64,000 nt of DNA from an uncultured Rivularia sp. (GCA_963665115.1 OY762007.1:8192001-8256000), one strand, 5' to 3'. Shown: positions 8,660-20,129, numbered from the stretch's first letter. Translations and numbers: made by a program. Notes: a model not told the origin generated them from the sequence alone.

Positions 8660-10579
8660 CTATTTTAAGTTGCCTTGAATAGTAGCTTGTGGTACTTTAC
8701 CATTCCCATTTACAGTATCAATTTTATTCTCGCTATCTATTAAAGGTAAAGTAATTTTAACCGTAGTGCCTTGGTTAATCCCCGGACTTTCAAGAGTTAT
8801 CGCGCCTCCCATCAATTCGATTAAGTTACGTGAAATTGCTAGTCCCAAACCCGTACCGTTATACTTGCGTGTAGTGGCTCCATCCACCATCACGAAGGGG
8901 CGAAATAGTTTTTGCTGTTGTTCGGTATCGATACCTATACCTGTATCTTTAACAGCAACCGTTACCCAGGATTTATTGTTACGATTTTGAATTTCTGTGG
9001 TTATGGTAATGCTTCCTGCTTCAGTAAACTTTGTTGCGTTACCAATCACGTTGATTAAAACTTGCTTGAGCTTTGCTGTATCTGCATTCACTCGAATTTG
9101 CTTTTCTAAAATAGGAGCATTCAACTGCAAACCTCTTTGCCGAATATTCAGCGATTGCAGGCTAATTACTTCATTAATTACTTGACAAAAGTCTATTGGT
9201 TTGATTGCGACTGAAAGCTTACCCGCTTCGATACTAGAAATATCAAGCAAGTCATTAATGATACCTAATAAATGAATCGCGGTTTCATCCGCACGCTTGA
9301 GAAACTCTTTTTCTTCTTCTCTATCGTCACACATATCATCCCGAACCAAACGTATGGAGTTGATGATGATGTTTAAGGGGTTTCTCAACTCGTGGGAAGT
9401 TGTAGCCAAAAAATGACTTTTACTTTGATTTGCAGTTTTTGCATCTTTCCAAGCAATTTCTAACTCTTCAGACCATGCTTTGAGTCTTTCAACCATTTGG
9501 AAGACAGCTTGCGCTAACTGATTGAATTCTCGGATGTTGAAATCATGCAGAACGGGGGAAGAATTATCTGATAAATGAAGATTCAAAGCATAATCGCGTA
9601 GTTGTTCTACTGGACGGGCTAAGTAACGAGCCACGTACAGCGATGCAAGTAAAGTCGCACCAATTAAGCCAACTGTTAAAACAAATAAAATTAACTTGAT
9701 TTCTTTCAAGCCGACCAAAGCATTATCTAAGCTCGTAACGGCTAATATTACCCATTTTTGCCCGCCATCATCAACTGGGCTGTCAATAGCTGTATATCCA
9801 GCAAGTAACTGCTTGTCTTCTTCAAAAAACAAATCTGAAGCTTCTTCATCTCCGGATATAGCATTTTTAACAATCTGCTCTAACTTTTTTCCATCTGAAT
9901 GTTCGGCGATGTTGGTACCTACTCGTTGAAAAATCGGGTGTGCCAAAATTGTCCCGTTTTCTGCAATTACTACCGTAGAACCTGTTAATAATCCAGGATT
10001 ATTTGTAATTTTTTCGTGCAGTAGTTGCGACTGCATACTTAAGGTATAACGTAATTTACCTTGAGTATCGTAGACCGGAGAAGACAAGTTTAGCTCTAGG
10101 TTTGAGGGCTGATTTTCTAGACTATTTGTTCTAATTTTTGCAGGTAAAATAGGTTCAATTTTAACTTTATTTCTCGATGCCGAAAAATTATTAAAACTAG
10201 TCAATTGTTTACCACAATTTCCAGCAATAATATTGTTGCTACTCGGGTTTGTCAATTGAATGCATTTTATCTGTCTGGGAAATTCTTTCGCTAACTGAGT
10301 AACAAATTGTTGTACCAACTGAGGCTGACCCGATTGAAGAACCGTAGTTTGGGAAGCAACAAATAGATTACTTTTGAGCGCATCAATAGTATCGACAATA
10401 CTCTCTCCTTTAAGAATCGCACTTTCAGTTAAATTCTGATGGGCAATTTCTATTAGGCTAGAACGTGCTTTTTTATAGCCGACAAACTCACCTATCAATA
10501 AGACTGGTACTGATAGCAATAATATCTTGGATATTAGAATTCGGCGAAATGATGATTGACGAAAATTCACCATTGGCAT
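8660..10579 (-). CDS. Membrane sensor histidine kinase (Cache-like, HAMP, HisKA, HATPase)
   Basis: Two TM segments, SHELRNPL, NVIGNATKFT, DTGIGI, GTGLGL. Confidence 0.92.
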   Translation of the reverse strand: MPMVNFRQSSFRRILISKILLLSVPVLLIGEFVGYKKARSSLIEIAHQNLTESAILKGESIVDTIDALKSNLFVASQTTVLQSGQPQLVQQFVTQLAKEFPRQIKCIQLTNPSSNNIIAGNCGKQLTSFNNFSASRNKVKIEPILPAKIRTNSLENQPSNLELNLSSPVYDTQGKLRYTLSMQSQLLHEKITNNPGLLTGSTVVIAENGTILAHPIFQRVGTNIAEHSDGKKLEQIVKNAISGDEEASDLFFEEDKQLLAGYTAIDSPVDDGGQKWVILAVTSLDNALVGLKEIKLILFVLTVGLIGATLLASLYVARYLARPVEQLRDYALNLHLSDNSSPVLHDFNIREFNQLAQAVFQMVERLKAWSEELEIAWKDAKTANQSKSHFLATTSHELRNPLNIIINSIRLVRDDMCDDREEEKEFLKRADETAIHLLGIINDLLDISSIEAGKLSVAIKPIDFCQVINEVISLQSLNIRQRGLQLNAPILEKQIRVNADTAKLKQVLINVIGNATKFTEAGSITITTEIQNRNNKSWVTVAVKDTGIGIDTEQQQKLFRPFVMVDGATTRKYNGTGLGLAISRNLIELMGGAITLESPGINQGTTVKITLPLIDSENKIDTVNGNGKVPQATIQGNLK

Positions 10580-11002
10580 TCTCTGATAAGTATTTGATCT
10601 TCAAACGTTAAAATAAATGTGATTTAACAAGTTAATATACTTCTATTATTAAGTTTATTATTCCGGTGGAGTCAAGTTATTAGATTGCTGTCAACAAGAA
10701 ATAACTGTGAGATACCAAATTTTATCGGCAAGAATAAAAATTTCTATAATTCGGTAGTTGCTAATTGGGACATCTTTGTTACACTTTATTAACCTTCACA
10801 TTTCAGATGAGTATTGAAATAAATATGATATAATTAATACCCTTGCTACAAGAGTATTGTTTGTTGTATGGCAATTATGCTTTGAACTTTATCGCACCAA
10901 TCTAACTTTATTACATGTAATAAATATCAGCTATACAAGTTTTCTATTTATTGATGTTACTCGTTCAGAAAATATCAATATCGTAATCGAAGCATAATTT
11001 TC

Positions 11003-11698
11003 ATGACAAAACAATCTCGTCCTCAGACCATAATCGTCTTGGCAATGAGTGCAGATGGGAAAATAGCAGATGTTACTCGTTCTCCAGCTAGATTCGGTTC
11101 AAAGAATGATAAAACACACCTAGAAAAACAAATTGCGACAAAGGATGCTGTTTTATTCGGTGCTGGTACTTTACGCGCTTACGGTACAACTTTAACTGTA
11201 TCGCATCCAGACCTATTACAGCATCGAAAATGCAATGGTAAGCCACCCCAACCCGTTCATATCGTTATTTCTGATTCAGGTAAGTTAAATCCAGGTTTAC
11301 GCTTTTTTCAACAGCCAGTTGAACGTTGGTTAATTTCAACAGCTACAGGAGCGAATTTTTGGCAAACAAGACCGGAATTTGAACGTATATTAGTATTTGA
11401 TACGCCCGCAGGAAAAATTGATCTTCATGCAGCGTTAAACTATTTGACTACCCAAGGTATAGCACAATTAGGAATTTTAGGTGGCGGAAACTTGGTAGCG
11501 AATCTTTTAGAGCTAAATTTGATTGATGAAATTTGGCTGACTATCTGTCCCTTAATTTTAGGTGGTCAAAATGCTCCGACTCCAGTTGAAGGTTGCGGAT
11601 TTTTAGCGAAACTTGCTCCACGCTTGCAACTGATGGAAGTTCGTACTGAAAACCAAGAAGTATTTCTTCACTATTTGCTGCAACAATTGCCAGATTAG
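11003..11698 (+). CDS. RibD C-terminal (pyrimidine reductase-like) family protein
   Basis: AMSADGKI, GAGTLR, LGGGNL, LIDEIWLTICPLILGG motifs. Confidence 0.88.
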   Translation: MTKQSRPQTIIVLAMSADGKIADVTRSPARFGSKNDKTHLEKQIATKDAVLFGAGTLRAYGTTLTVSHPDLLQHRKCNGKPPQPVHIVISDSGKLNPGLRFFQQPVERWLISTATGANFWQTRPEFERILVFDTPAGKIDLHAALNYLTTQGIAQLGILGGGNLVANLLELNLIDEIWLTICPLILGGQNAPTPVEGCGFLAKLAPRLQLMEVRTENQEVFLHYLLQQLPD

Positions 11699-11731
11699 AC
11701 TACGCTGTAGAAAGCTTTTGCCGCTAGTTTT

Positions 11732-12926
11732 GTGTCTTTAACTCCGATGGTGGAAAAAATTAAGTCGAGTTATTCCCTAACCTGGATCGATAAAGTTGCT
11801 GAAGTACCCAAAAACGCTTGGAATGCTTTGGCTATTCCACTTCAGACTCCTTTTTTTGAATGGGATTGGTTAAACAATCTTGAAGTTTCTCAAAGCGCTA
11901 CAGCCAAGAGTGGTTGGTTGCCCAATCACTTAACTTTATGGCGAGATAAAACGCTAATTGCTATTGCTCCACTTTATCTCAAAGGACATAGCTATGGAGA
12001 ATTTGTCTTCGATCATCAGTGGGCAGAGTTAGCTTACCGTATTGGCGTAGAATATTACCCCAAAATGCTGGGAATGTCGCCGTTTACCCCAGCCGAAGGT
12101 TATCGATTTTTGATCGCACCAGGGGAAGACGAAGATGAAATCACTTCCTTAATGCTGCATGAAATAGATTCTTTTTGTAAAAAGCAGCGTATCAGTGGCT
12201 GTAATTTTTTGTATGTAGACCCCCGATTTTCGTCCAGTATTGGAACGTCAGGGTTTTACAGCTTGGTTGCACCACAATTATGTTTGGCAAAATCATGACT
12301 TTACAAGTTTCGATGATTATTTACGTGCATTTAATGCCAATCAGCGTCGCAATATCAAACGCGAACGAAAGGCTGTAGCAAAAGCCGGTTTGGAAGTAAA
12401 AGCACTTAGTGGTGATGATATTCCCCAAGAATTATTTCCTTTGATGTACGATTTTTATGCCGACACCTGCGATAAATTTGGTTGGTGGGGTAGCAAATAT
12501 CTGACAAAACAGTTTTTTGAATCGCTATACGAAAACTATCGCGATCGAGTCGTATTCTTCGCAGCTTATAGCGAACAAGACAACAGCCAACCTGTAGGAA
12601 TGTCATTTTGCTTATACAAAGACGATAAAATGTACGGTCGGTATTGGGGTAGTTTGCAAGAGATCGATTGTCTACACTTTGATGCTTGCTATTATTCACC
12701 CATTGAATGGGCTATTCAAAACAATATTCAAGTATTTGACCCCGGTGCTGGTGGACGGCACAAAAAGCGTCGTGGCTTCCCAGCAACTCCAAACTACAGC
12801 TTACATCGTTTCTACGACAATCGTTTAGGACAAATACTCCGTCGCTACATCAGCGAAGTCAACGAACTCGAACAAAAAGAAATTGAAGCAATTAATGAGG
12901 AAATTCCTTTTGTAATTAAGAGTTAG
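11732..12926 (+). CDS. GNAT/FemAB-like protein (DUF482 type); apparent +1 frameshift at C-run 12220-12224
   Basis: HSYGEFVFDHQWA, YGRYWG, LHFDACYY, GAGGRHKKRRGF. Removing one C gives VDPDFRPVLERQG. Confidence 0.88.
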
Positions 12927-13089
12927 TTGTTAGTTGTTAATGGGCATGGGGACATTCTAAAAGTAGCGAGTAGTGAGTAGCAAGTAGCGAACCAGCGGTT
13001 TAACAGCCCTATTACAACAACGTAGGACAAAGTAATTTACTTACTACTTGCTACTCCTAACTCCTAACTCTTAACTATTGACTGTTTAC

Positions 13090-13340
13090 GTGACGCACAT
13101 ACATCAAATTCAAGATTATGGTGTAGGCTTCTCGGCGACTCCTCCATAAGGACATTTACCGAGCTTTGAAGCCCTACGCTAAGCGGGACTTTTGATCGGA
13201 TTGTTTTTTATTTGTAGGCTGCATTTCTGCATTTAATTGGACTACACCCACATTTTAAATAGTACCATAAATCCCGGCTCGGCTTTCATTTCACAGCTTA
13301 CACGAAGTGTAAGCGGGAGACTTCTCGCCGAGATTGTTAA
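13090..13340 (-). mobile_element. Non-autonomous IS200/IS605-family remnant (both ends, no ORF)
   Basis: Minus strand starts TTAACAATCTCGGCGAGAAGTCTCCC plus hairpin GCTTACAC-TTC-GTGTAAGC, and ends GAGAAGCCTACACCATAATCTTGAATTTGATGTATGTGCGTCAC, resembling cyanobacterial tnpB-element ends. Confidence 0.6.
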
Positions 13341-13402
13341 AAAGAATTACACTTATCTAAGCGCGTGAAAACCCTTATGAGATTAGTTTTTTTAGAGTAA
13401 TC

Positions 13403-13783
13403 ATGAATCTACTTGACAATTTAAAAGCAATAGATGACAAACTTTCTCAACGACATATTGATTTAGATCCTGCCGGATATTTTATTATTTACATCGACTC
13501 AGAACAAGGATTAATTTTTGCTAAACATTTTACTAACATAATTGACGAGCGAGGTTTAGCCGTCGATCCGGAAACGGGAAAGGTGATTCCCGCAAAAGGA
13601 AAAGTAGAACGAACCCATACAACGGTATATTCTGGCAGAACCGCGAAAGAATTATCTGTAAAAATTTTGGAAGAAACTCAACCCTGCCCGATAACCATGT
13701 TCGATCATGCTGCTTATCTAGGTAGAGAATTTCTCCGAGCCGAGATTGCTTTGGCGACAGGGAAAGAGTACGTGCAGGATTAG
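13403..13783 (+). CDS. DUF4346 domain protein
   Basis: LDPAGYFII...DHAAYLGRE...EYVQD. Confidence 0.85.
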   Translation: MNLLDNLKAIDDKLSQRHIDLDPAGYFIIYIDSEQGLIFAKHFTNIIDERGLAVDPETGKVIPAKGKVERTHTTVYSGRTAKELSVKILEETQPCPITMFDHAAYLGREFLRAEIALATGKEYVQD

Positions 13784-13908
13784 GATTTGGGTAATTGGAG
13801 AGAGGGGGTAGAGGGGGAGACAAAAAAATAATTATCAATTTATTACTCCCTACTCCCTACTCTATACTTGCTACTCACTCCTAACTCCTAACTCCTCACT
13901 CCTCACTC

Positions 13909-14650
13909 CTAACTTTCTTTACCTTCAGATGATGGTTGGAAAACTAAATAGATATAGTATGTTGCCATCGGAATTACGGTAGCAGCAATTAATAATCCTA
14001 TTATCCAAGCTGTAGCATTTTCTTGGTCGGTGTCTTCAGCTTTGGTAAATGTTCCTTCCACTTGTACTTCGTTGTTGACTTCTGGTGGGGCCGGGATCTG
14101 GTTCGCCAGAAAGTACGGTAACGAGACGTTCTTGTGCATCTAAAAAGGCTTGATTGTACTTATTGCCGTTCCGTAATGGGACTAAAACGGTTTCTGATGC
14201 TACGCTTTCGGCTATATCATCAGACATTATAGATTTGACTTTATCCCCCGTAACGATGGCGGTGCCATTAGTTACGGAGTCAATCGTTAATAAAGTTTGA
14301 TTTGCTTGTGCTTCTTTGGTAGGAAACCATTTTTCAAATAGGGCTTTAGTAAAACTTTCGGGAGTTTCTCCATAATCTAAACGACGAACAGTAACTATTC
14401 GGACTTCGTTTCCTGTTTGAAGAGCCAATTCATCGAAGGCAGTACTAATTTTACCTTCATTAAAACGGCTGATTAAATCTGCTTCATCTACAATCCAAGT
14501 ATCTGAAGTCAGGTTTGGTATGTTATAAACACCCGTAGCTAAAGCGGGTATCGAAAACATTGAAGAAACGAATATCATCATCGCTAGCGACAAAATCAGC
14601 TTAGCGATATACTTTTTGCAACCCAAGAAGTGGTTGAGAAGCTGTTTCAT
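13909..14650 (-). CDS. psb32: Photosystem II repair protein Psb32 (TPM domain); apparent +1 frameshift at 14087-14090
   Basis: VTVRRLDYGETP, NKYNQAFLDA, GEPDPGPP, C-terminal TM LLIAATVIPMATYY. Confidence 0.9.
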
Positions 14651-14949
14651 AGCAAGAAACCACCATACGACTTTTCACCAAAAATACTACATAAGTACGA
14701 TCAAAGTCTCGTTTTTGGCAAGGTTTTCTATATAAAAGTGCCGATAGATATTGATATAAGTAAGAATTTTGGGATAAAACGGAATGATTCTATTTATCAA
14801 TAAGGGAATGGGGAATAATTAAAAACCTGTTTTATGCACTAATTATTAAAGGGGCAATTAAGGTTCGTAGTGAGGACTAAAGTCGAAACGAAAACCTGTT
14901 AGAATTAATGGGAAATAAATTATACTATAAAATGCTTCTTAAATAGTTT

Positions 14950-15049
14950 TAGGACTTACGCGATCGGATATTTAAAATCGCTGTAATTCCCTATTCCCTG
15001 TTCCCTATAGCCTGAAACCTTAATTTTTGGTTTCACTGCTTAAGTCTTA
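14950..15049. mobile_element. Short MITE with TAGGACTTACGC-type TIRs
   Basis: Left TAGGACTTACGC, right GCTTAAGTCTTA (2 mismatches to the inverted copy). Confidence 0.55.
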
Positions 15050-15085
15050 AGTTTTAGAAATTATTAAAATTAAAAAATCTATCAT

Positions 15086-15571
15086 ATGAATCACTTGATC
15101 GCGGTTTATCCTAACAGAGTAGAAGCTTTATCCGCTCGCACTGCTCTAGAAAAAGAAAGTTTACCCAGCGAACAAATTAGTATTTTAGGTGAGGGTTTCA
15201 AAAGTACCGATGAATACGGACTAATTAAACCCGAACGAGAAGCAAAAAATAACGCGCAAAGTCTCGCTTACTGGCTTGTGCCGATCGGGTTTGCTTGTGG
15301 TTATGCTTTTAATTGGTTAGCGAATATCAAAATAATTCCCGTAGATGGTGTTCTTAATCAAGTTATTGGAGGCTTGTTGGGAGCCGCTTTTTGTCTATTA
15401 TTTGCTTTTGCTGCTGACAATAGCTCTGAGCTTAGTGCTAGTAACGAAGATGCTTGGCTTTATCGCGATCGCCTAAATGCTGGTAAGTATCTAATTGTTT
15501 TTCACGGTACCGATGAATTAGTGAAAAAAGCCATTAATACGCTGCATTATTTTGAGGTTAAAGATATATAG
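15086..15571 (+). CDS. Conserved cyanobacterial membrane protein (general-stress-protein-like)
   Basis: 161 aa, two TM helices, C-terminal YRDRLNAGKYLIV. Confidence 0.7.
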   Translation: MNHLIAVYPNRVEALSARTALEKESLPSEQISILGEGFKSTDEYGLIKPEREAKNNAQSLAYWLVPIGFACGYAFNWLANIKIIPVDGVLNQVIGGLLGAAFCLLFAFAADNSSELSASNEDAWLYRDRLNAGKYLIVFHGTDELVKKAINTLHYFEVKDI

Positions 15572-15650
15572 GGAGTAGAAAGTTGGGAGTAGAAAGTTGG
15601 GAGTAGGGAGTAGGGAGTAGAAAGTTGGGAGTAGAAAGTAGAGAGTTGGG
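15571..15650. repeat. STRR tract (GGGAGTA/GAAAGTT heptamers)
   Basis: Alternating 7-mers between convergent genes. Confidence 0.85.
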
Positions 15651-15696
15651 AAGAGATTTGTGGTTTCATTTACCACTTGTGACGGTGGAATTTAAT

Positions 15697-16470
15697 TCAA
15701 GCAAATAACCTGAATCTGGCTAGAACATTTTCAATCGTCTGCGGCAAAATATTTTTTAATTCCCTATCATCTTTAAATTGCATTATTTGAGTTGCAGTTA
15801 AATCGAAGGGAAATTGTCCATTCATATCCTGACGCTGCATTTGTGAAATTAATATCTGCTCCGAGCGCTTACTTTGAATAGCGTAACCGAGTTCAATACA
15901 AGTATTAGCACTGGGAACGAGCAAAGGTTTTTCCTTACCGCTATCAATACTGGCGATCGGTGTAGCATCCGCAATAAATAACAAGCTCCTGCGAATCTTT
16001 CGCATCATGCTGCTTCCTAATCTCATCGGTGCATCTTTCGGACGAATTGACTCAATTAACTTTAACGGCAGTCGCGATCGCAAATTCAATTTATCCAAAG
16101 TATCGAGCAATCCCTCCCGCAGAGAATCGCTCGCTTCGGGAAATTCATTTTGATAACTTAAAAAAATCGTTGGCTCTAGCTGCGCTAATAAAGCCTGTTT
16201 GGTAAAATAAATCTCATGGCTAATTAAATCAATGTTGGCCACACAATAGCCACCACTACCTTCAACATAAAATTCTATCTCATCCCCTTCCAGATAACGC
16301 CTAAACCAAGTTGAATTTTTGACTTCCTCGCTGTCTTCCAAAAAATCTGCTCTCAAAGCCGACTTTAACAGACTTTTTTTACTGATACGAATGTCTGGCT
16401 CACGTTTTTCCAACTCTGGAATCGGCTCATACTTTTCGATATACCAAGCTCTTAGAGCAATAATCGACAT
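15697..16470 (-). CDS. Conserved cyanobacterial hypothetical protein
   Basis: 257-aa ORF (MSIIALRAWY...EGSGGY...NIDLISHEIYFTK). Confidence 0.75.
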   Translation of the reverse strand: MSIIALRAWYIEKYEPIPELEKREPDIRISKKSLLKSALRADFLEDSEEVKNSTWFRRYLEGDEIEFYVEGSGGYCVANIDLISHEIYFTKQALLAQLEPTIFLSYQNEFPEASDSLREGLLDTLDKLNLRSRLPLKLIESIRPKDAPMRLGSSMMRKIRRSLLFIADATPIASIDSGKEKPLLVPSANTCIELGYAIQSKRSEQILISQMQRQDMNGQFPFDLTATQIMQFKDDRELKNILPQTIENVLARFRLFA

Positions 16471-16813
16471 AACTAAAAGCTATTTGTTTAAATTTAACTA
16501 AGTATTTCTAATATTTAACTTCGTACAAGCTTACACCGAAGTGTAGCCCTTAAGACAGCATCCACACGAATATCATCCGAATCTCATATAAATATCAACA
16601 TTCAGACAAAATTACACTTACCAACAGTTACTTAAACTTTCATTAATTAACGACTTCAGATAGTTGTAGCAACTTTAGAATATTGATATTCCCCTACACT
16701 CCAATTTTATCTCCATCACAACATTATAGTACTATTGTACCACATAAGAAGAGATAAATTACCGAAAAATATTAATTGATAATTGGTAATTGGTAATTGA
16801 TAACTGGTAACTG

Positions 16814-17683
16814 TTAATCTTCCGCGTCCAAAATTTTCTTGGCTTCTAAGATACGCTGCTTATGTTCTTCGGTTACAGTAGGATACTCTAGCTTCAATTC
16901 TTTTAATTTAGAACAGATAATATCAGCTACAGCCATGCGAGTAAACCATTTATGGTCGGCAGGAATAATGTTCCAGGGTGCCCATTCAGTGCTAGTGTGG
17001 CGAAAAGCATCTTCGTAAACATTCATATAATCGTCCCAAAAATTACGTTCTCGGATATCACTTGCTGAGAACTTCCAGTTTTTTTCAGGTGTTTCAATGC
17101 GCTTCATAAAGCGTTTTTTCTGTTCTTTTTTTGACACATTAAGAAAAAACTTGAGAACAACAATTCCATTATTGACGAGATATTTTTCAAAATTATTAAT
17201 CTCTTCAAAACGCTGCTTCCAAATATGATCTCCTTTTAGGGATACAGGTAATTGTTGTTTTTCAATAAGCTCTGGATGCACCCGCGTTACCAAAACTTCT
17301 TCATAATAAGAACGGTTGAAAATACCAATTCTTCCTCTTTCGGGTAAAGCTTTAAAACTTCGCCATAAATAACCATGATCTAATTCTTCTGAGGAAGGTT
17401 GTTTAAAACTAAATACCTGGCACCCTTGAGGATTTATGCCAGACATAACGTGTTTAATCGTACTATCTTTACCAGCAGCATCCATTGCTTGAAAAATAAC
17501 TAGCAAAGCATAAGTATTCTGAGCATAAAGAATATCTTGGTATTTCGCCAATCGTTCAATATCCTTTTGCAGTTTGATTTTTGCATCGCCTTTTTCATCA
17601 TAATCAGCCGTAAAAGTAGTATCGTAATCTTTCTTCAGAGAAATTTTTGCTCCAGGTTTAACAATAAAAGCATCGCGATCCAT
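16814..17683 (-). CDS. ppk2: Polyphosphate kinase 2 family protein
   Basis: QAMDAAGKD Walker A, FNRSYYEEVL, WKFSASD, IPADHKW. Confidence 0.95.
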   Translation of the reverse strand: MDRDAFIVKPGAKISLKKDYDTTFTADYDEKGDAKIKLQKDIERLAKYQDILYAQNTYALLVIFQAMDAAGKDSTIKHVMSGINPQGCQVFSFKQPSSEELDHGYLWRSFKALPERGRIGIFNRSYYEEVLVTRVHPELIEKQQLPVSLKGDHIWKQRFEEINNFEKYLVNNGIVVLKFFLNVSKKEQKKRFMKRIETPEKNWKFSASDIRERNFWDDYMNVYEDAFRHTSTEWAPWNIIPADHKWFTRMAVADIICSKLKELKLEYPTVTEEHKQRILEAKKILDAED

Positions 17684-17827
17684 AATTAACTATCCATAAA
17701 AGCTTACAAACTTCTACAGTAATAAGTATTTATCCTCAATTAGCAATCAAGTAAGATAAAGCAACAAAAGTTTTTATTTTGATAATTGGTAATTGGTAAT
17801 TGCTAACTCCTAACCTTTAATCTTAAT

Positions 17828-18316
17828 TTACCAGTCATCATCATCAAAGTTTGGCTTATTGACAGGGCGCATAGCTTCTCTACCTAAGAGAAACATTCCA
17901 GCGACTCCTAAGCAAACAAACCAAATATACTCGCCCCAAAATGTGCCAATTTGTTGAGAGGGACTCATTTCAGGATGTAGAGTAGTGAAAAAAAGAGCCA
18001 AAACAAGAATCATTAACGAACTAAATCCAACACAGGTTAAACCAATCCGAATCCGAACAGGACGTAATTCCCAATCGTTAATTTGACTTAGGTCTATTTC
18101 TGCTAATTCTTCTAAAGAATCTTCCGCAATATCGGAAGCATCTAGTAAATTTTCGCTTAACTTTGGCGGTAAAATTGGTACTAATGCGGCAACAGTTGGA
18201 CGACGCAGTAAAGCTTCGGTATTTCGCAATATTTCTAAAGGCTTGCGAGATTCTGGCTCGGCAAATTCTAATTTTTCTGTAGTTTTTTCAACCGGGACTT
18301 CGCGCTCAAAATCCAT
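17828..18316 (-). CDS. Hypothetical membrane protein
   Basis: 162 aa with two C-terminal TM helices. Confidence 0.7.
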   Translation of the reverse strand: MDFEREVPVEKTTEKLEFAEPESRKPLEILRNTEALLRRPTVAALVPILPPKLSENLLDASDIAEDSLEELAEIDLSQINDWELRPVRIRIGLTCVGFSSLMILVLALFFTTLHPEMSPSQQIGTFWGEYIWFVCLGVAGMFLLGREAMRPVNKPNFDDDDW

Positions 18317-18475
18317 ATTTCTGCCTCGTTGAAATATCGCCTTTCTATTTCTATTTTTAACTTATTTTGCTAAGAATTGTCGGGATGAATGTAATACAAA
18401 GGTCAGAGGTTAAAGGTCAAAGGTTAAAGGTTATTTTAGACTTTAGGTTCTGAATTTGTAATACATATAAATAAT

Positions 18476-18501
18476 GTAGAGACGTTGCAGTGCAACGTCT
18501 C
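18476..18501. repeat. REP-like palindrome GTAGAGACGTTGCAGTGCAACGTCTC (family also at 7055, 7350, 7457, 20040, 25081)
   Basis: GTAG head followed by a GAGACG...CGTCTC hairpin; six copies in the window. Confidence 0.85.
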
Positions 18502-18549
18502 CCTATATTTCGATTTGTATCGACCAAATATCGAACGGATATTTATATA

Positions 18550-19107
18550 TTAAGAAGAAACAGTTTCTTGTAGATCTTTGAGTCGTGCCATTACGTCTTG
18601 AGAATGAACGATTGGATTAACTTTGACAAAAGTTTCTCGTAAAATTCCATCTGGATCGATAATAAAACTATGACGGCTAGAAATAAAGCTCATCCAAGAA
18701 CCGTAATCTTTACTTACAGCACCTGTTGTATCGGCTAATAAAGGAAATTTTAAGCCTTCAGAATCGCAAAATTCAGCGTGAGAATCAATATCGTCGGCGC
18801 TGACACCAATAATTTCGGTATTTCGTTCTAAGTATTTTGGCAAATCTTCTTGGAAACGACGGGCTTCTATAGTGCAACCAGCAGTGAAATCCTTGGGATA
18901 AAAATAAAGCACTACCCATTTACCTCGATAGTCGGAAAGGGAAATTTCGCCATCTCCAGTATTAGTCGGTAAAGTAAATTCTGGTGCAGGTTCATTGACA
19001 GAGGGTAGCGTACCACCCATTGCATTCGCAGCGGGGGCAAAATTCAACCATCCTAAGAATACAAAACAACTGGCAAATAATATATTGAGAAAATTGCGGC
19101 GATTCAT
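18550..19107 (-). CDS. Peroxiredoxin Q/BCP family with Tat-like signal peptide
   Basis: FYPKDFTAGCTIEA active site; N-terminal MNRRNFL. Confidence 0.93.
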   Translation of the reverse strand: MNRRNFLNILFASCFVFLGWLNFAPAANAMGGTLPSVNEPAPEFTLPTNTGDGEISLSDYRGKWVVLYFYPKDFTAGCTIEARRFQEDLPKYLERNTEIIGVSADDIDSHAEFCDSEGLKFPLLADTTGAVSKDYGSWMSFISSRHSFIIDPDGILRETFVKVNPIVHSQDVMARLKDLQETVSS

Positions 19108-19195
19108 GTTGATGCAGAGTACGAATAACTACTTTATATAAGTTTACAATCACTCGTACAGTAGATACATTTAGATTTAATAGTTAATAAAGATA

Positions 19196-19270
19196 AAGGC
19201 TCGTAGTAGCGCTTCAGCGTATCCGGATTCCGGAATATGAGGCGCTAAAGCGCAACTACGAACGAACCTT
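19196..19270. repeat. Inverted REP-like doublet
   Basis: TCGTAGTAGCGCTTCAGCG...CGCTAAAGCGCAACTACGA. Confidence 0.7.
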
Positions 19271-19303
19271 ATTTGACTCAGAGTCTTCACCCGATTTTTC
19301 TAC

Positions 19304-19531
19304 TTAAGTGTGAGTTTCTACCGATTCTATATACTGACTATCAAGGAGAAACGACCCTTTAGCGAAGCGGATGCCCCAGTACCCTCCGGGACGACGGTCA
19401 ATAACGATACCTTCTTCACCTATGTGGATAAGATCGGGAGGGCGCAACATGGGCATAGGTTCGGCGGTTTTGATGTAAGGTGGTAGCGCTATCACGCGGA
19501 CTTTACTACCAATAGCGAATTCTTCAGACAT
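19304..19531 (-). CDS. sipA: NblS-interacting regulatory protein SipA (DUF3148)
   Basis: PPYIKTAEPMPMLRP...DRRPGGYWGIRF...FLLDSQY. Confidence 0.9.
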   Translation of the reverse strand: MSEEFAIGSKVRVIALPPYIKTAEPMPMLRPPDLIHIGEEGIVIDRRPGGYWGIRFAKGSFLLDSQYIESVETHT

Positions 19532-19649
19532 AGTAGGGAGTTGGGAATTTATTACTTATTAGTTTAAATCTAACGTTTTATCCTGTCTCAAATCTCCAAG
19601 ATTTCGGTAATCTAGTACGGGGAAAGTAATAGAAACAATAAAATTATTT

Positions 19650-19982
19650 TTGATTATGCTCTCAGATAGCTTGTATCTTGTATACGCATTGCTCGCTGTT
19701 ATTTTAGTTTTTGGCGGTGCGATCGCCTTTTTACGTTTTTTGTTCGCGACAATTTATGCTAAGGGAAATTCTAAAGATACGGTGCTTTTAGATTTGATGG
19801 AACAAGCGGGTATTCCTAACTGGCAGATTTTACAGCAAAAATCGGGTGTAAGTAGTACCGTAGTTTGGTTGTTGCGCGACGGGCAGGGGGCTGCGGTGAA
19901 ATTGAGTGAATTAGAGGATGTTGCAAAAGCTCTTGTGCTGCCTTTGGGAATTTTTTTGAAAAAGTTAGATTTGGTTGAGTAG
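19650..19982 (+). CDS. Membrane-anchored XRE-like helix-turn-helix protein
   Basis: N-terminal TM helix, then LMEQAGIPNWQILQQKSGVS...LLRDG...LEDVAKAL. Confidence 0.65.
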   Translation: MIMLSDSLYLVYALLAVILVFGGAIAFLRFLFATIYAKGNSKDTVLLDLMEQAGIPNWQILQQKSGVSSTVVWLLRDGQGAAVKLSELEDVAKALVLPLGIFLKKLDLVE

Positions 19983-20129
19983 ATTGAATGACAGGGGGTA
20001 GAGGGGGGTAGAATTTCTAACTCTTAATTCTTAATTGTGGAGACGTAGCACTGCTACGTCTCTACATTGTTAACTGATAACTGTTAACTGTTTTTAGGGA
20101 AAGCTGGTATTAGTTGATTATCAAAAGCT

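Noticed and set aside
16525..16550. GCTTACACCGAAGTGTAGC hairpin resembling the IS605-like left end at ~13295
   Set aside because: Only a short match with no accompanying end sequences.
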